In this document: in pieces, positions 39,366-52,342 of the stretch
How the letters are laid out: each line of letters starts with the position of its first letter
Numbering within the stretch: position 1 is the stretch's first letter
NCBI GenBank assembly: GCA_037379345.1
Contig: CM074512.1
Coordinates: 32,798,001-32,862,000, forward strand
Source of the DNA: Perna viridis
Lineage: Eukaryota
Direction: 5' to 3'
Length of the DNA stretch: 64,000 nt
The notes under the pieces: generated by a model
What the model was told of the DNA's origin: nothing
The model's database searches: none
The model's input: the letters and a program-made list of their open reading frames with translations, nothing else
Program-made: the position numbers and the translations under genes

Positions 39366-39367
<2 letters not shown>

Positions 39368-39404
<37 letters not shown>
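39368..39404. repeat. (AC)~18 microsatellite
   Basis: Read directly. Confidence 0.95.
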
Positions 39405-39408
<4 letters not shown>

Positions 39409-41455
39409 TAAACGAAAGATCGATAATAACATGCATTTTCTTTCCAAGAGAAAAAATATCATAATGATAATAGTTAATCCCGCTAACCAAAGACAGAAAT
39501 AAAAGCGATGACAGGTAAGGACTAAGTGAACTTCCTTGTCTTACATCAGCATTTAATACAGCAAGTTCACATAAGTACATGTCCACCTAAGAATCATGCA
39601 GACAGTAATTTTTGTTAACTTTCTAAATAGTGTAAATTAATGCAGAGTGTCTCATATGGAGAAAAAAGTAACTGGTTTATAGTAAGATGCAGTTTATAAA
39701 AATGGCGGGAATATTTTTGATTGAATTAAAATAAAATGTTTCGACTTATTCCTTTGATTTTCTAAATTTAGATAAAACTCTGCATGGAATTTTTATCAAA
39801 TAAGTGACTTTTTACATTTTAGCATGGTTTAGATATTGACAAAGTTCGATGTATTATCTGTTTTTTCGGTTGCATGATTCTTAACTGAACCCGTATATAA
39901 AGCCATATTATTAGCATAGCATGCAGACATAGATGAATCACATCAGGTTACATGTGTCATTTATGAATTAAGTCGCCTTCGTTCTTCATGTTATATCATT
40001 TCTTAACGTTATCTACAATCACAATACGTTTGATACAGAGCACAATACAGTTGGAGGAGAAACAATCATTTCACAATTTGTAATATTGGAAATTTCTATT
40101 ATTGGTTTGATAATTATTAATTTAATAATTAACACCATACACAAGTAATGTGACATTAAACGACCGTGAAGAGCTTAAATCATAAAAAGTTTTTTTTTTT
40201 GTCTTCATTTGGTCACAAACATGTAAAATATAACGCAAATCTACGTATCTAATTCCAAATTTCATCGGATAGACTGGAGGTAAGGGGCATTTAAAAAGTT
40301 TTTGAAATTGACCTTCTTTGTGGTCAGAATCCTAGGGAAAATGGCATTGGTCCTTTATTATCTTCGTATCACTGTAACATTACATAACAGTTTGACAGTT
40401 AAGTTATTTTCTATTGTTCTGTAAGGTTCACAATAATTTTAGTATTCATTTATAACACTTTTAAGCATTTCCATATTTCATTGAAAAAGTCTTGTAATTC
40501 TGTCTTAATTATTTACTTGCGACATGATGATAAGGATAAGCCGATGTTTTATGAATTGTATCACATCTGCGAGATTTCTATGATGGCATCATAATTACAA
40601 AAGATAACTGAAGGTATTATTATTGTTCGTCTGACAGATTGTTTTACTGTCAGATCCCCCAAATAAATATATCTTGTCTTAATAATACCCACGGCTCAGT
40701 TGAATTATCTTTAATCTTCTAGTACAATATATCAAGTTTTTTTTATTCACCATGTTTTGTTCACTCAAACTATGAATACATTCAATTTGCGTGAAATATG
40801 TAAAAAAAAAAGGGCGAAAGTACTAGAACACGTTTATCATATAGGTAGATAAATTTATTCTAATACGCCTTGAAGCACATGTAAGCACACAAAATTTGAT
40901 AAAACTAATATGAGTGGCATTATTGTTTAAAGCTGTGAATTTAAGTCCCGTAATACCTATGGGAACAAACTGTACACCACTACTACAGAAAAAGAGAAAC
41001 GAGTAGCTCAGTCCTTCAGTTGTACTTATAGAAGATATAAATATGCATTATACATACAGAAAACACCGAGGTTTCATTTCTTGTATTGCACATATTTATT
41101 ACTCTTGGTGACAGAATTGGTTTTCTATCACCAGAGTTTTGGTTTTGAGTTCCTTAAGGTATTTTCTGTTGCTTTTCCCATCGTAATCTAACATCTACAG
41201 TCTGGTTTCAATTGAATCTTCTTATTGAATTGAAAGGAAATTTTACAGGATTTTATTTCATTCAGCTTTTCTTAACGGCTTGAAAATCAAAATGTAAAAT
41301 GAATTGAATTCAAACATAATGCTATGCGTTTTCCTTCAAGACAGTTAATTGATTATGAAATATAAATCTAATAAAATCGATACAACCTGACTTACAGAGT
41401 ATAGAATTTTATTGTAGTTAAGTTGCTGCTACCTATCGGGGGACAAACAGTGGTT

Positions 41456-41456
<1 letters not shown>

Positions 41457-41503
<47 letters not shown>
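41457..41503. repeat. Poly(A) tract, 47 nt
   Basis: Read directly. Confidence 0.95.
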
Positions 41504-41506
<3 letters not shown>

Positions 41507-42070
41507 TAGAATTGGTAGGATGCAAAAGGACACAATATCAAATACAGTTTCGGACACCTGAATTATATATGAATTGGTATCTACCAGTATAATTGCGAGT
41601 GAAAACTCAATCGTAAAAATATCAAGAGTCAGGTATTAAGATAATAATAGTTTGATAAAAAGGATTTTGTATGTGGTACCTTTACAGACAGATAATATTA
41701 CTCGCAAAATTTAAAAGTCGATAACAATTCTAATACATGAACTTCAGCTAAACTGCGTCGACACATCATTTGTTCTAACCAACGATCGAATCTAGTCCAT
41801 TCTTTAGACAAGGGAAACTAGATAAAAATTGGAGGTTCCCAGGAGCCATTGGCTTAAATTAACAAAACAAAAAAAAAAACAAAAATAAAATAAATAATAA
41901 TAAAATGAAATAAAATAATATAATATAATAAAAAATGATAATAATAAAAAGTATAAAATTATTTTTTTTTACCTATTAAGAGCAATGAATGTAACTATTA
42001 TTTTATTATTTCATCAATCAGATTTTTTGCATTGCTGTCTAACTCATTTTTGGATGTAGCGTCTTTTCTA

Positions 42071-43160
42071 TACTCGGCGTCACATAAATAACATACTGTT
42101 AAAATTTGAATAAAAATATTTTCTACGACTTTATTGACACCTACCGTCGTTTAAATTGTCTTAAATGACTTGCTCATTCGTTTAGCCAAACGGCTTCTCC
42201 CTAAATTCAGGTTACAGACCACCAATTCAACCAATGAGCATTTGGAACGTAGGCAAAAATAGTCCTACGCAGAAATTACCCCTGTTCCTCATAGTGCTGC
42301 AAAAAAAGTTCTCATCTAATTTAAAAAATTTAAACAGTTTCTGAAAGGAAAAACATTTCTGTACATTTTATAGGTGCATTTTGCTTCTTGTGATGTGAAG
42401 CCTAATCTCCATAATGATTTTTAAATATACCCCTATCTTGTGAAAACGCTGGGATTTCCCATGCTATTTATAGACCCTTCACTTCCGGTGACCAGTACTG
42501 CACTGCAAGTCTGCTAACCCCACATGCCATTCTGAGGATTGTGAGCTGACATATGTAGAATCATGCTGATATATAGTCCTCTGCAGGTTAAAGTTAAGGT
42601 AAAGTCCAGAGAAGCCATTGAATATTGTGAAATTAGCATAGAAGCCTATGGGAAGTGGAATTAGTGGTTTTTAGCCTAAACATTGAATCGTTAAATTCCG
42701 GTCAGATTTTAATTCTAGGTGCCAATATTTACATTGTAAAAAGTCGGCCATGTGATCGGGTTGCTAGGAGATGTTGTTTACATTTAAATGGTTTGTCCAA
42801 AAACCGAAGAACCCAGAATGCATTTAGGCGTTATTTCGGATATCTCGGATTTATTTTAAGCGAACAACGTACAATACCGAGAAGTTAATCAAGCAGACGA
42901 TTGTCACCGGAGTTCGACGGGAACTTACGAACTTCGTTTGTAAACAAATCGTCCCGTAGAAACCAACATGGCGGATATTAGTATGGGATTTTCCCGTAAG
43001 GATTTGTTACGCATGATTTAAGCTAAAAGCGACTTGTTCAGGGAGAAGCCGTTGGGCTAAACGAATGAGCAAGTCATTTAAGACAATTTAAACGACGGTA
43101 GGTCGTAGAAAATATTTTTATTCAAATTTTAACAGTATGTTATTTATGTGACGCCGAGTA
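42071..43160. mobile_element. 129-bp-TIR MITE, second copy (opposite orientation), carrying a nested family X element
   Basis: TA|TACTCGGCG...CGCCGAGTA|TA; interior is the reverse complement of the 26.2 kb copy plus a 475-bp insert. Confidence 0.92.
42206..42680 (+). mobile_element. Family X element nested in the MITE
   Basis: Absent from the 26.2 kb copy; junctions CCTAAA|TTCAGG and TTAGCCTAAA|CATTG. Confidence 0.9.
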
Positions 43161-46100
43161 TAATTGGTTGACATTTTTACGTTTATCATCTCATAGACGT
43201 AAATGTACCATGTGATTGTGACGTCATATAGCGTTGTTTGTTGATTTACTTTTGAAATTTTGAATTAAAAAAAACTTATCGTTCTATTTAAAATGACCCA
43301 AATGCGTGTGGTGAGCATTTGAAAATAACTCAATACGCGAATTATTTTAGTGTGCACCAAATGATGGAGGTTATATTTCTTCATAGAACTACAATATATT
43401 ACACTATCTGAAAGATAACAGCTGTAACTATTTTAAAATGATAGCACATTGGATAATTCATTTCTTTACAAGTAATTAATGAATTAATCATTTTAAAGGT
43501 ACGAATATCATTGAAATGGGAAAAAAGTACCACTCAACCGACTGCAATAAAGTGATGAGAATGGAGGACGACGCTTTTATTACTTGCCTAAGTGTATATG
43601 TACGTTCACCAACTACTTGTTTTAACGGACTATAACTGCAGATTTATTTACTGTAAATAATCGCGATATCTTCCACTTGTCCAATTCTTTTTCTGTAAAA
43701 AATTGTCGGACAATATTTTACTTTCTGTTCAATTTGACAAAAACAAATGAACAACTGTGTCTAGGATACAAATTAAACACTGAATTGGAATGTTCGTGAC
43801 ATACGATAAATCACTTGTATATACGGGGTAACAGGTCTATTTGTCAACGACAGCGGTTTTTAACAGTGGAAATGGAAGCAAACGATTGATTGCGAAAACA
43901 TAAAAGTCTCTGTCGTGTTCATAAACTACAAGGCTGCGACGATATTAAAACTATTAAAATAGTCACATACTTCATGAGTTTATATTTATTTTTAATTAAA
44001 AATTGCACTTTTTTTGCTTCACAACATAAATTTACCTCGGAATATGGAAGCGGGTGGTTTTGTTATTCATTAGAGCAGGTTTAATCTACCATTTTACCTT
44101 CGGTGTTCATGACGTCACAGTACCAAAACAAAATAAGAAAGTAAATTGATTTGCTCAGAGAGAATCAAAATTGAATTATTCGCAAAAAAGGCAGAAAAAT
44201 ATTACCGAACCTATATTATTTAAAATTCGGGAATGGAGATATTAAATAGTACATGAACTGACATAATCAAGACGGTAATGGAAAATGGATTTAGCCACTA
44301 TATTAATGATTTGGTACAGGCATTTCAAAATCGGCAAGTTTGCACTCGGCTATTCAAATAATCACAAATAAAATAGTTTTTATTAAGAAACCAAATTTTA
44401 TCATCTGCAATTACCAATATTAGAATTTGAAATCATTAGATATTAAATCATAATAAATGTTCTTAAATAAGATAGTAATAAAGTTTCCATCTGAGCATAG
44501 CACCACAGAGCTAAATGCAATAAATAGACAGATTTTGTAAGGATCAGGCAGTGCGGAAAACACTAGACAAAACATTGCCTTAATTGTTATTATCAGGATT
44601 AGGGAGTTAACAATTATATAACCACATCTATTTTTTAAATGATTATAATGTCATCATAACTTTTCAAAACAAGCTAAAAAGCACGATTTAAATGAAAATA
44701 TAAATAAATGTAAATATAGCAAACAAAAAATAAAATGTAAGCGAAAGAAGACAAAAAATAAGGTATACATAATACTGAGGAATCTTATATTTGACACGTA
44801 AGATGATTTTTCTAATGCAAAAGTTTATTTTATCATTATAATTTCGCGTTTCCATCTTGACATCCTTTTTGCGTAATTGATACTTTATTCGTTTTCTAAT
44901 AGTAGTATAAGAAGTTAAATACTTTTGTAGTTCATCTTGATAATAACCTTGTCCATTTATGAACTCCGTGCTGACTTAGAATAATTCTATTGTATATAAC
45001 ATCTTTATGTTCAACTTGAAAATCCTTTCCTTGGTCGATTTTGTATTTTTGTAAGGCTATTCTCCATCAGTGAAGTAAATATAATAATTGTTTTCTAATT
45101 TATCATGTCCATTTGCTGTTATCTGTTACAGTATTGTCATTGATTCCTGACTTGTGCCTAACATCACGTGATCTGTTTTTTTTTTTTTCAATGATTGGTG
45201 TTAATTGAGTTTTGTCTTTATATATGGTTTCTTAGATTTTTGTTATTATATCCTTGGGAAATTTTCTGCTGTTGAGATCCAACAAAGCAACAACAGTTAC
45301 ACAGATCGTTTAACTTATCTTATTGATTAGAAATAATTAAGAATAATCATGTTTAAGTTCAAAATGTATAAGTTCGTCACATTGTAGATAATTTACCGCT
45401 AATTGTGGAAAAACTATTTTGGAAAAAAATGAAGGGACATAAAGATTAATCGTGGACAGTATTAAGATCAGAATTGCATGTATGGTTGGACTGTTATGAA
45501 AATGGGAAATAACAAAGAGACTAGACACCCTTTGTAAAAATATAGGCTTTTAAAAATATTATACGCTCACCGAAATAGAAATAAAGCCTTCAATATAATA
45601 AAGTTGCCATGCAATATTTTTCAGAAAATGTTTATGTGTTTAGATGAGTATTGCATATTTTAATATCAACCGAGACATTTTATTTCAGTTTCTCTAATAG
45701 AACCAAGAGATACGCTGTATGATAAATCTGCAAAACAGAGCTGAAAAGTTTGCAGTTTTCTAGGCAATAAGATATTTCCGAAAATTTGAAGCACATACAT
45801 ATCAAAGATAAGAAAACAACTGAAGAAGCAATACTGAAATGATCACTGGAGAACTGCCGATCAAAATCTAAGTTTAACATAGCTTGCTCAATAGTCTGGG
45901 CCAATGTAAAACAAGTTAAGAGACAAGGTATATAAATAACATCTTTCTTTATACCATAGACTCTGAAGGACTTGAAGAGTAGAGGATAACGTTTTGATGA
46001 GTAGAAATGTGAAACCAAATATTATTTTCAGAGATTTCTAACTGGAATATGTTTGGGGAACCGAAAACATATTATTATTAATTATATCTCACTAAAATAT

Positions 46101-46549
46101 ATTATAATTAGTGTTTGATTACACAAGATGACACTGCAGAACCTTATGGCCAAGCTTTGATACTGGAAAACCAAATCCAGTCAGCTTTCAAGGAGAAATG
46201 AAACATTACAAAGGAAGAATTCGTTCAGTAAATGTCACTTGGAACTGTCCCATTGACCAAGGACCATGCAAAACATACCGACGCGACAACAACAAAATAA
46301 ATCCATTTCTATCAAAGCAGAAGAACGGATTAACATCAGGTAAAAAAGCTTGAAATAACTTGTCAACAGCACAAGAACGACCCTTACTACCATATTCAGT
46401 AACAGGAATGGTCAGTAGTTTGAATAATCCGTGTTTCTTGAACAGGAGACATGTACAAGGATGGACTGGAACTATTGACCTACCTCACTAACATGCGTCT
46501 GGTGCTGATTGGTGGAAGTTCCCAACATTTTACATTATACATCGGTTTT

Positions 46550-47153
46550 TAAAATGCTCGAATTTTTTATCGACAACATATTTGTCCAGTGTGGTGGACG
46601 CATGCTTCAACAATAGTCGGCATTCCAATGAAAACAAATTGTGATCCTTTATTAGTTGTCCAATACCTTCACTCTTAAATCTCAGTTTCCGCTGTATAGA
46701 TGACTTATTATCTTTAAACAGTCCTAGTTTCGGGAATCTGATACATCGCATCTACCCCAAAGAACTTGAGATAAAGGATACTTCAGACACTGTGAAGTCA
46801 GCCTCATATCGTGACCTTGAGATTGATGGTAAAGGAAAACTATTGAACAAACTATACGACAAACGCGATGACGTTTCATAATTTTACTTTCCACTTTCGT
46901 CTACCCCAGCCTTGACTTTTTATGAGCAACTCAGCGGGTTTCTAGAAAAAGCTTAGGACGGGTCCCTACCTGTGCACCTGGTCCATGCTCCCAGTTTTCA
47001 GTGGAGTCTGAGTTGCTCATTTCCTTTTTTGTATGTATCATTTTGGTTATTTTATGTTCTTTGTTGTGTTTGTCTGTTCTCCATGTCTGGTCTTTGTCCA
47101 AGAATTACATTCTTTTCATTTCCACTAGAACCTTGATTCCCTTGATTACTCTT
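46550..47153 (+). mobile_element. Penelope-like RT fragment joined to the conserved 3' end (internally deleted)
   Basis: KMLEFFIDNIFVQCGG, GIPMKTNC, FRCIDDLLSLN, IYPKELEIKDT and LYDKRDD, then the 3' stem-loop. Confidence 0.88.
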
Positions 47154-47785
47154 ACATAATATGTACCATGACGACAGAAAGAAAATATTATATACTTATT
47201 ACAAGACGGCTTTAGTGGAAACAAATCTAGTAAAACCCAACAAATTGAGTTCAGATATACGTAATTGTCTTGTATCTTCAAACTTGAAATATGTGAGGAG
47301 AATTTGAGGATAGAATGTCATCCAGATTGGTGGAATATACTTTTCATCTTCAAGAATGTTAGTCCCATCAAGTTCGAATCGTAGACTCAAGAATTGTATC
47401 CATTCGATAGAGTTCAGTTCAAATGCAAAATACCTAGTTTTTTTTTTTTACATTGAAATCTATTTGTTAAGTCACATCTGCAAGCTATCAAGACAAAAAA
47501 AGGAGTTTATTAAGCTACAAGCAATTCTGAGAGTGCCCGTTTGTGCATATATGTTATTCAGTATTGTTAAACAAAAGGCCATTGAGGAGCATATTAGAAG
47601 ATCAAGTCCTTCAATATAATAGATGTCTAATGTTGACGAACTCTATGCGAACATTTGTGTTCATCGTCGGAATTACAAGATTGAAACGTAAAGAGATAAT
47701 CTACATTGAAGCCCCCAAGACAAAAAAAATTCTAGATTTAAACAAGTATTATCTTTAAAAAGAGATAGCCGACGCATTAAAATTT

Positions 47786-47990
47786 GGTTCTGTTTACTTA
47801 TAATTTTATACATTTCATTCAGGAAATAACACATGGGCACGCAATTTCGATACAGTTTTTTCGAACACCACTTAGTTATCAGTATTTGGCCAATCGGGAA
47901 ACAGAATTGCGATCAGGTGACTTGCGCGGAAGAGTGTCTTTAAGGTCAAAGGGTAATAAAGCGAAACTATACCGACTGCGTCGGAAAAAA
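47786..47990 (+). repeat. Dispersed repeat (copy 2 of the 28.0 kb repeat)
   Basis: Both copies give the same spurious peptide YQYLANRETELRSGDLR. Confidence 0.8.
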
Positions 47991-48774
47991 GTACTAAATT
48001 TTCATATCCAGAATACTCTGACGTAGTGATACGTAATTATAAGTAGAAGGCAGTATGTAGGAAGGCAGAGTGGTTATTCTCTTGTGCAGTTTATTTTGTA
48101 TTACAAAGCTATATTACCCATTTCATCTAAATTTATGACCTGTCTCCTATGTAAAAAAACACAGTTAAGTGAAAAGGCATTTGCATGCATTCAGGAGCAA
48201 TATTGCCTTGTACAATTTTGCATATTTGGGTTGCTAAAAAAACATAATAAATCGTGAAATGGTTATTTTGTCTATACAAATATGTCTGTTGCCGACTCCT
48301 TGACATCACTTAGATCTAAAACCGTTTACCCGCATTTATCGACATCACGAATGAACTGCAACTTGGCACTGTATGGTTTTTCCCTCTGCTAACATAATTT
48401 GAGGAAGACACTCCTTTGAAGATTGATTGCAAACAACAACGGAAATAGGAAATTTCTCAATTAGAATTCAATTAAAATTTGTAAATCAAAATTAATTACC
48501 AGTTACTGTGTTTATTGTTTCAGATCAACAGTTATTCATGTTACCTAGCCATTAGATAACGTTCTGAGCCAGTGATAATTAAAACACTTGGTCGTTTTCG
48601 TACACAGTGTAATGGAATGATGTCAAAGAATAAAAGATAAATCATTTTAAAACGTACTTTTCACCGACTTACCAAATTACAAAGTTGTATTTATTAGGAT
48701 CATAATAGATCTTTGATTATAAAAATAAGTACGTACTTGTTTAAGTATGACATACAAAGTGTAATATAATAACA

Positions 48775-48931
48775 ATAGACCCTTTTGTGGTAAGTTGGTG
48801 AGCATGCTCGATATACACTTCCGCGAGGTAGGGCTTGGGTAGGACAAAAGAATTTTCCTCGCGGAAGTGTATATTGAGCATGCTCTACGCATGCTCATTG
48901 ACTACCCCAACGTTAGTACAAAAGGGTCTAT
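48775..48931. mobile_element. 157-bp fold-back MITE
   Basis: TIR ATAGACCCTTTTGT/ACAAAAGGGTCTAT plus an internal 29-bp inverted repeat GAGCATGCTCGATATACACTTCCGCGAGG/CCTCGCGGAAGTGTATATTGAGCATGCTC. Confidence 0.8.
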
Positions 48932-49264
48932 ACTACAAGTACATGTATTTTTGTATCGAACAACTGGTACTTTTTGCGGAACAAAATGTTTGCGTTTTGT
49001 TTCCAAAATTTTTTAATGATTTGAAATTTCAAATATTGGTCTTTTCAAATAGGGAAAACATCCTTGAATAAAAATCATATTGTCAGATCGGTATTTTTTT
49101 TTTACATTCATGTTTTTGAGGATAAATTCCTTTATACTTTATGATCGGAAAATGCAGTGTCTCTTTAAGAAACTGCAAAGGTGCTTATAAATGTTCAAGA
49201 CAAAAATAAAACCGATAAAAAGTAATCAACATGCAGAGAATAAATGTATAAATCAAACGATCGC

Positions 49265-49600
49265 AAAATGTGCATTGGCATTATGGGAATGGAATAATTT
49301 TTTTGTCGAAAAGATCTTTATTTAGCTCGCTAAACTGAAGCTGAAGTCTGACATGTAGGATTTGACCTTTGCGTGATCCGGAAAAGTAATATGTTCGTTT
49401 TTTGACGACCTCATTCTCGAGGAGAGTTCTGAAAATTTTACTGATGGCGAGGTCTTAATATCATTTGGTAATGTGTTCCATAATCAAATAGTGGAAGGTA
49501 GAAAATAATTAGAATATTGGTATGTTCTACAATAAACTGATTGGATTAGGTCAGAATTACGAGTTGGGTAGTTATGGCTTTGGGGGAAGGGGTTTACTCT
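49265..49600 (-). mobile_element. CR1-group LINE ORF2 C-terminal relic
   Basis: Minus-strand reading HNYPTRNS...CRTYQYSNYFLPSTI*LWNTLPNDIKTSPS and YFSGSRKGQILHVRLQLQFSELNKDLF. Confidence 0.7.
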
Positions 49601-50381
49601 GTTAGTAATAAGAGTTTGAGGAAATGAACGATAGGGAACTAGAACCTCTGCATTTATGTTTTACCTCGCATACAATGAATAATTCCTGAATTCATCTTGT
49701 GGGTTGAAGTTTTCTTGTGTTTGCTGTATTTTTAATGGCATTCAACGCGTATTTGTATGACTTCACATAATATATATTGACGTTTATTTGTCTCAGAAAA
49801 TCGTGAATTTTATGCACGAATATAGTAAACCATTTACTACATACTTGACAGGAGGTCATAATCAGCACACTTTTAAAAGCACTGGTATTGCTATAATAGC
49901 CTTTATTATGCTAGAAAGGCATTATCTGTGATTCTAGATAATGTCTTCTAAATACCTGATGATTTTGTGTTTTATAGAAAAGTGGGATAGATTGGTCGAA
50001 GGTGGTGTATTATAGCCAATTACAGCGACCAACAGTGTTGTTTTGTATGAGTTAGGTAATGGTTCCCGGATATTGTCGTAGGCAACGTACTTAACAGGAT
50101 TTGCTAATTATAGCTATTTTCCAGACACAAGAATAAATTTTCTCTAGACGTATGAAAAAAAAGCCACCTGCTTCCGGTATATATCAACAAAAATGTATAT
50201 ATCAACCCGTAGCAGTTGCTGAAAACTTTTTTTTTTTCATTTTCATTTCATTTTTGATCATGTATTGACTGTACCAACTGTAATTTTTTCTCCTTCGGCA
50301 TTATAATCATTTCATTTGCTACATACTATAATGATACAAAATTTCCTGCACAGAGGCATTTTCGCCATTTCAAAGATCTGA

Positions 50382-50787
50382 GCCCCGTGCGGGTCCTGGT
50401 GTCAAAATAATAGGCCCGCAGCAGCGCTAAGCTTGTCGTAAAAAGCGACTAAATAGTGCTCAGAACCATGGCCGGGGACTAGGGCACTCTGCCCATAGAG
50501 CAACTGGGTTGTGTGCCCCAGGCGGTGGAATGGGGTAACCCTGGCATGTTTCATGCTGGGGTTGTCAGGCCATAATACAGAAAACCTGACCGCAAACCAT
50601 AGTGGTGCAACGCTTTGGGAAAGATGCCACGTTCCTCGCACGTTAAAGAACCCTTCTGTGGTATTCTCCCTGAGTAGGAACCATAGGGCTCCGCCACGGG
50701 AGGCTAAATTGTCCGATCCTACCCACCTCTCCCAATTTCCAGTGGCAATCAAAATTTTTCGACTCCATTATCCATGTGTCCCATCCC

Positions 50788-50821
<34 letters not shown>
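50382..50821 (+). mobile_element. SINE-like element, intact 5' end, ~105-bp 3' internal deletion, (CAAT)n tail
   Basis: Starts GCCCCGTGCGGGTC; imperfect TSD GATCTGA/GATATGA; deletion at a CCC microhomology. Confidence 0.88.
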
Positions 50822-51834
50822 GATATGAAACCTCATTGTTCATTACTTGACCGGCTTTTTATACAATGTATTTACCACAGAATTCGAAGTCTATTTAAGT
50901 AGTGTTGATGCCTCGTGAATATTTTCTTTCAATTCTTGTTTTTCTGAGAAAATAGAGATAATGAGATAATATAAAAATGAGACATTCATAAAGAGTATAT
51001 GCTTGACGGATGTATCAAACAGAGGGCACCTTTCTTTTGCGTGGCCCTTGGTTCATTAATTCAATGTTTGAATAACTTCAGGTTGCTTTCTGCATGTTTA
51101 TATTATTTTACACGATTTTTTTGTCTTTGTGTCTCTTATTTTCGTCTTTGTCTGCCAATAGATATCGAGTTTGTTTTTTCATGAGAATCCTAACATGCGT
51201 GAAATGAGCAAGAAAAAATGATATTTATACATGTTGTAAGACTATAATGAACAACAGTTGGTGTATCTGTCGTAGCATTCTTATGATCCATTCTACAATA
51301 ATGATGGAAACTCGCTATTGATATCAATAGTTATCTTAGTTCAAAGCATTTTGACATTTCCTCTTATCAATCCAATTTATCTTTAATTTCCTAAAGTGTA
51401 AAACAATGCTTACATAAACAAATGGTCTGACAAAATTAAAGCATTTCTGACAATGTGATTTAAGGATAAATTTGATGTAGTATTTTTGTTCCGATCTACC
51501 GGAGACCATACATAGATAACATTCTAACAAATTGTCGACAAATGGTTAGGTTGTTTTCTTTTTCAATTTTGGTCGCAATATCAATATTAGGCATCCAATT
51601 GTATGTCACGATCCATCCTTGAAAAAGGAATATAATTTAATTTTCCTAATTTTCACCTTCCTACATCGTTTGTGTTTACCTCATTAATTTTATTAATCGT
51701 GATTTGAAAAAAAAGTATATTGCTTCTGTGTTTGGACTTTAGAAACTTTAGAAAAGAATGTCGTTTCGAATCTACAGTCTTCTTTGTAACTAATATATCA
51801 GTGTAAAAGCAGTTAAAATATTGCAAGAAGTTAA

Positions 51835-52342
51835 TGATTGATTGATTGATTGTTGGGGTTTAACGCCCGAACAGCAATATTTCAGCTATACTCAGGCCAT
51901 GAACATGAAAGGGATGATAAAATGAACATGAAATGAAAAAGGGATTGGACACAAGGATGATAAGGTCGACAAATTTTGATTGCCACATGATAAATGGGGG
52001 TATGGGTAGGGTCGGGCAATTTAGCCTCCTGTGGCGGAGCGGAAAGGTTCCTACTCCTATCGGATACCACAGCAGGGTTCTTAAAGTGCGAGGAACGTGA
52101 CATCTTTTCCAACACGGTGCACCACTATGGTTTGCGGTCAGGTTTTCCGTATTATAGCCTGGGAACCCCAGTATATAACACGCCAGGAGTATCCCATTCC
52201 ACCACCTGGGGCCCACATCCCAGTTGCGCTGAGCGCCCTAGCCTCCAGCTAGGTTTCTGAGCACTATTTAGTCGCCTTTTACCACAAGCTTAGCATGCTG
52301 CAGGCCAATTCTTTTGACACCTATTCTTTTTCTGCACGGGGC
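51835..52342 (-). mobile_element. SINE-like element, full length, 12-bp TSD
   Basis: Flanked by GCAAGAAGTTAA (51823-51834 and 52343-52354), which defines the 5' end as GCCCCGTGCAG. Confidence 0.92.

Noticed and set aside
46246-46280. CPIDQGPCKTY resembling a Kunitz N-terminus
   Set aside because: The remaining Kunitz cysteines and the FxYGGCxGNxNxF motif do not follow
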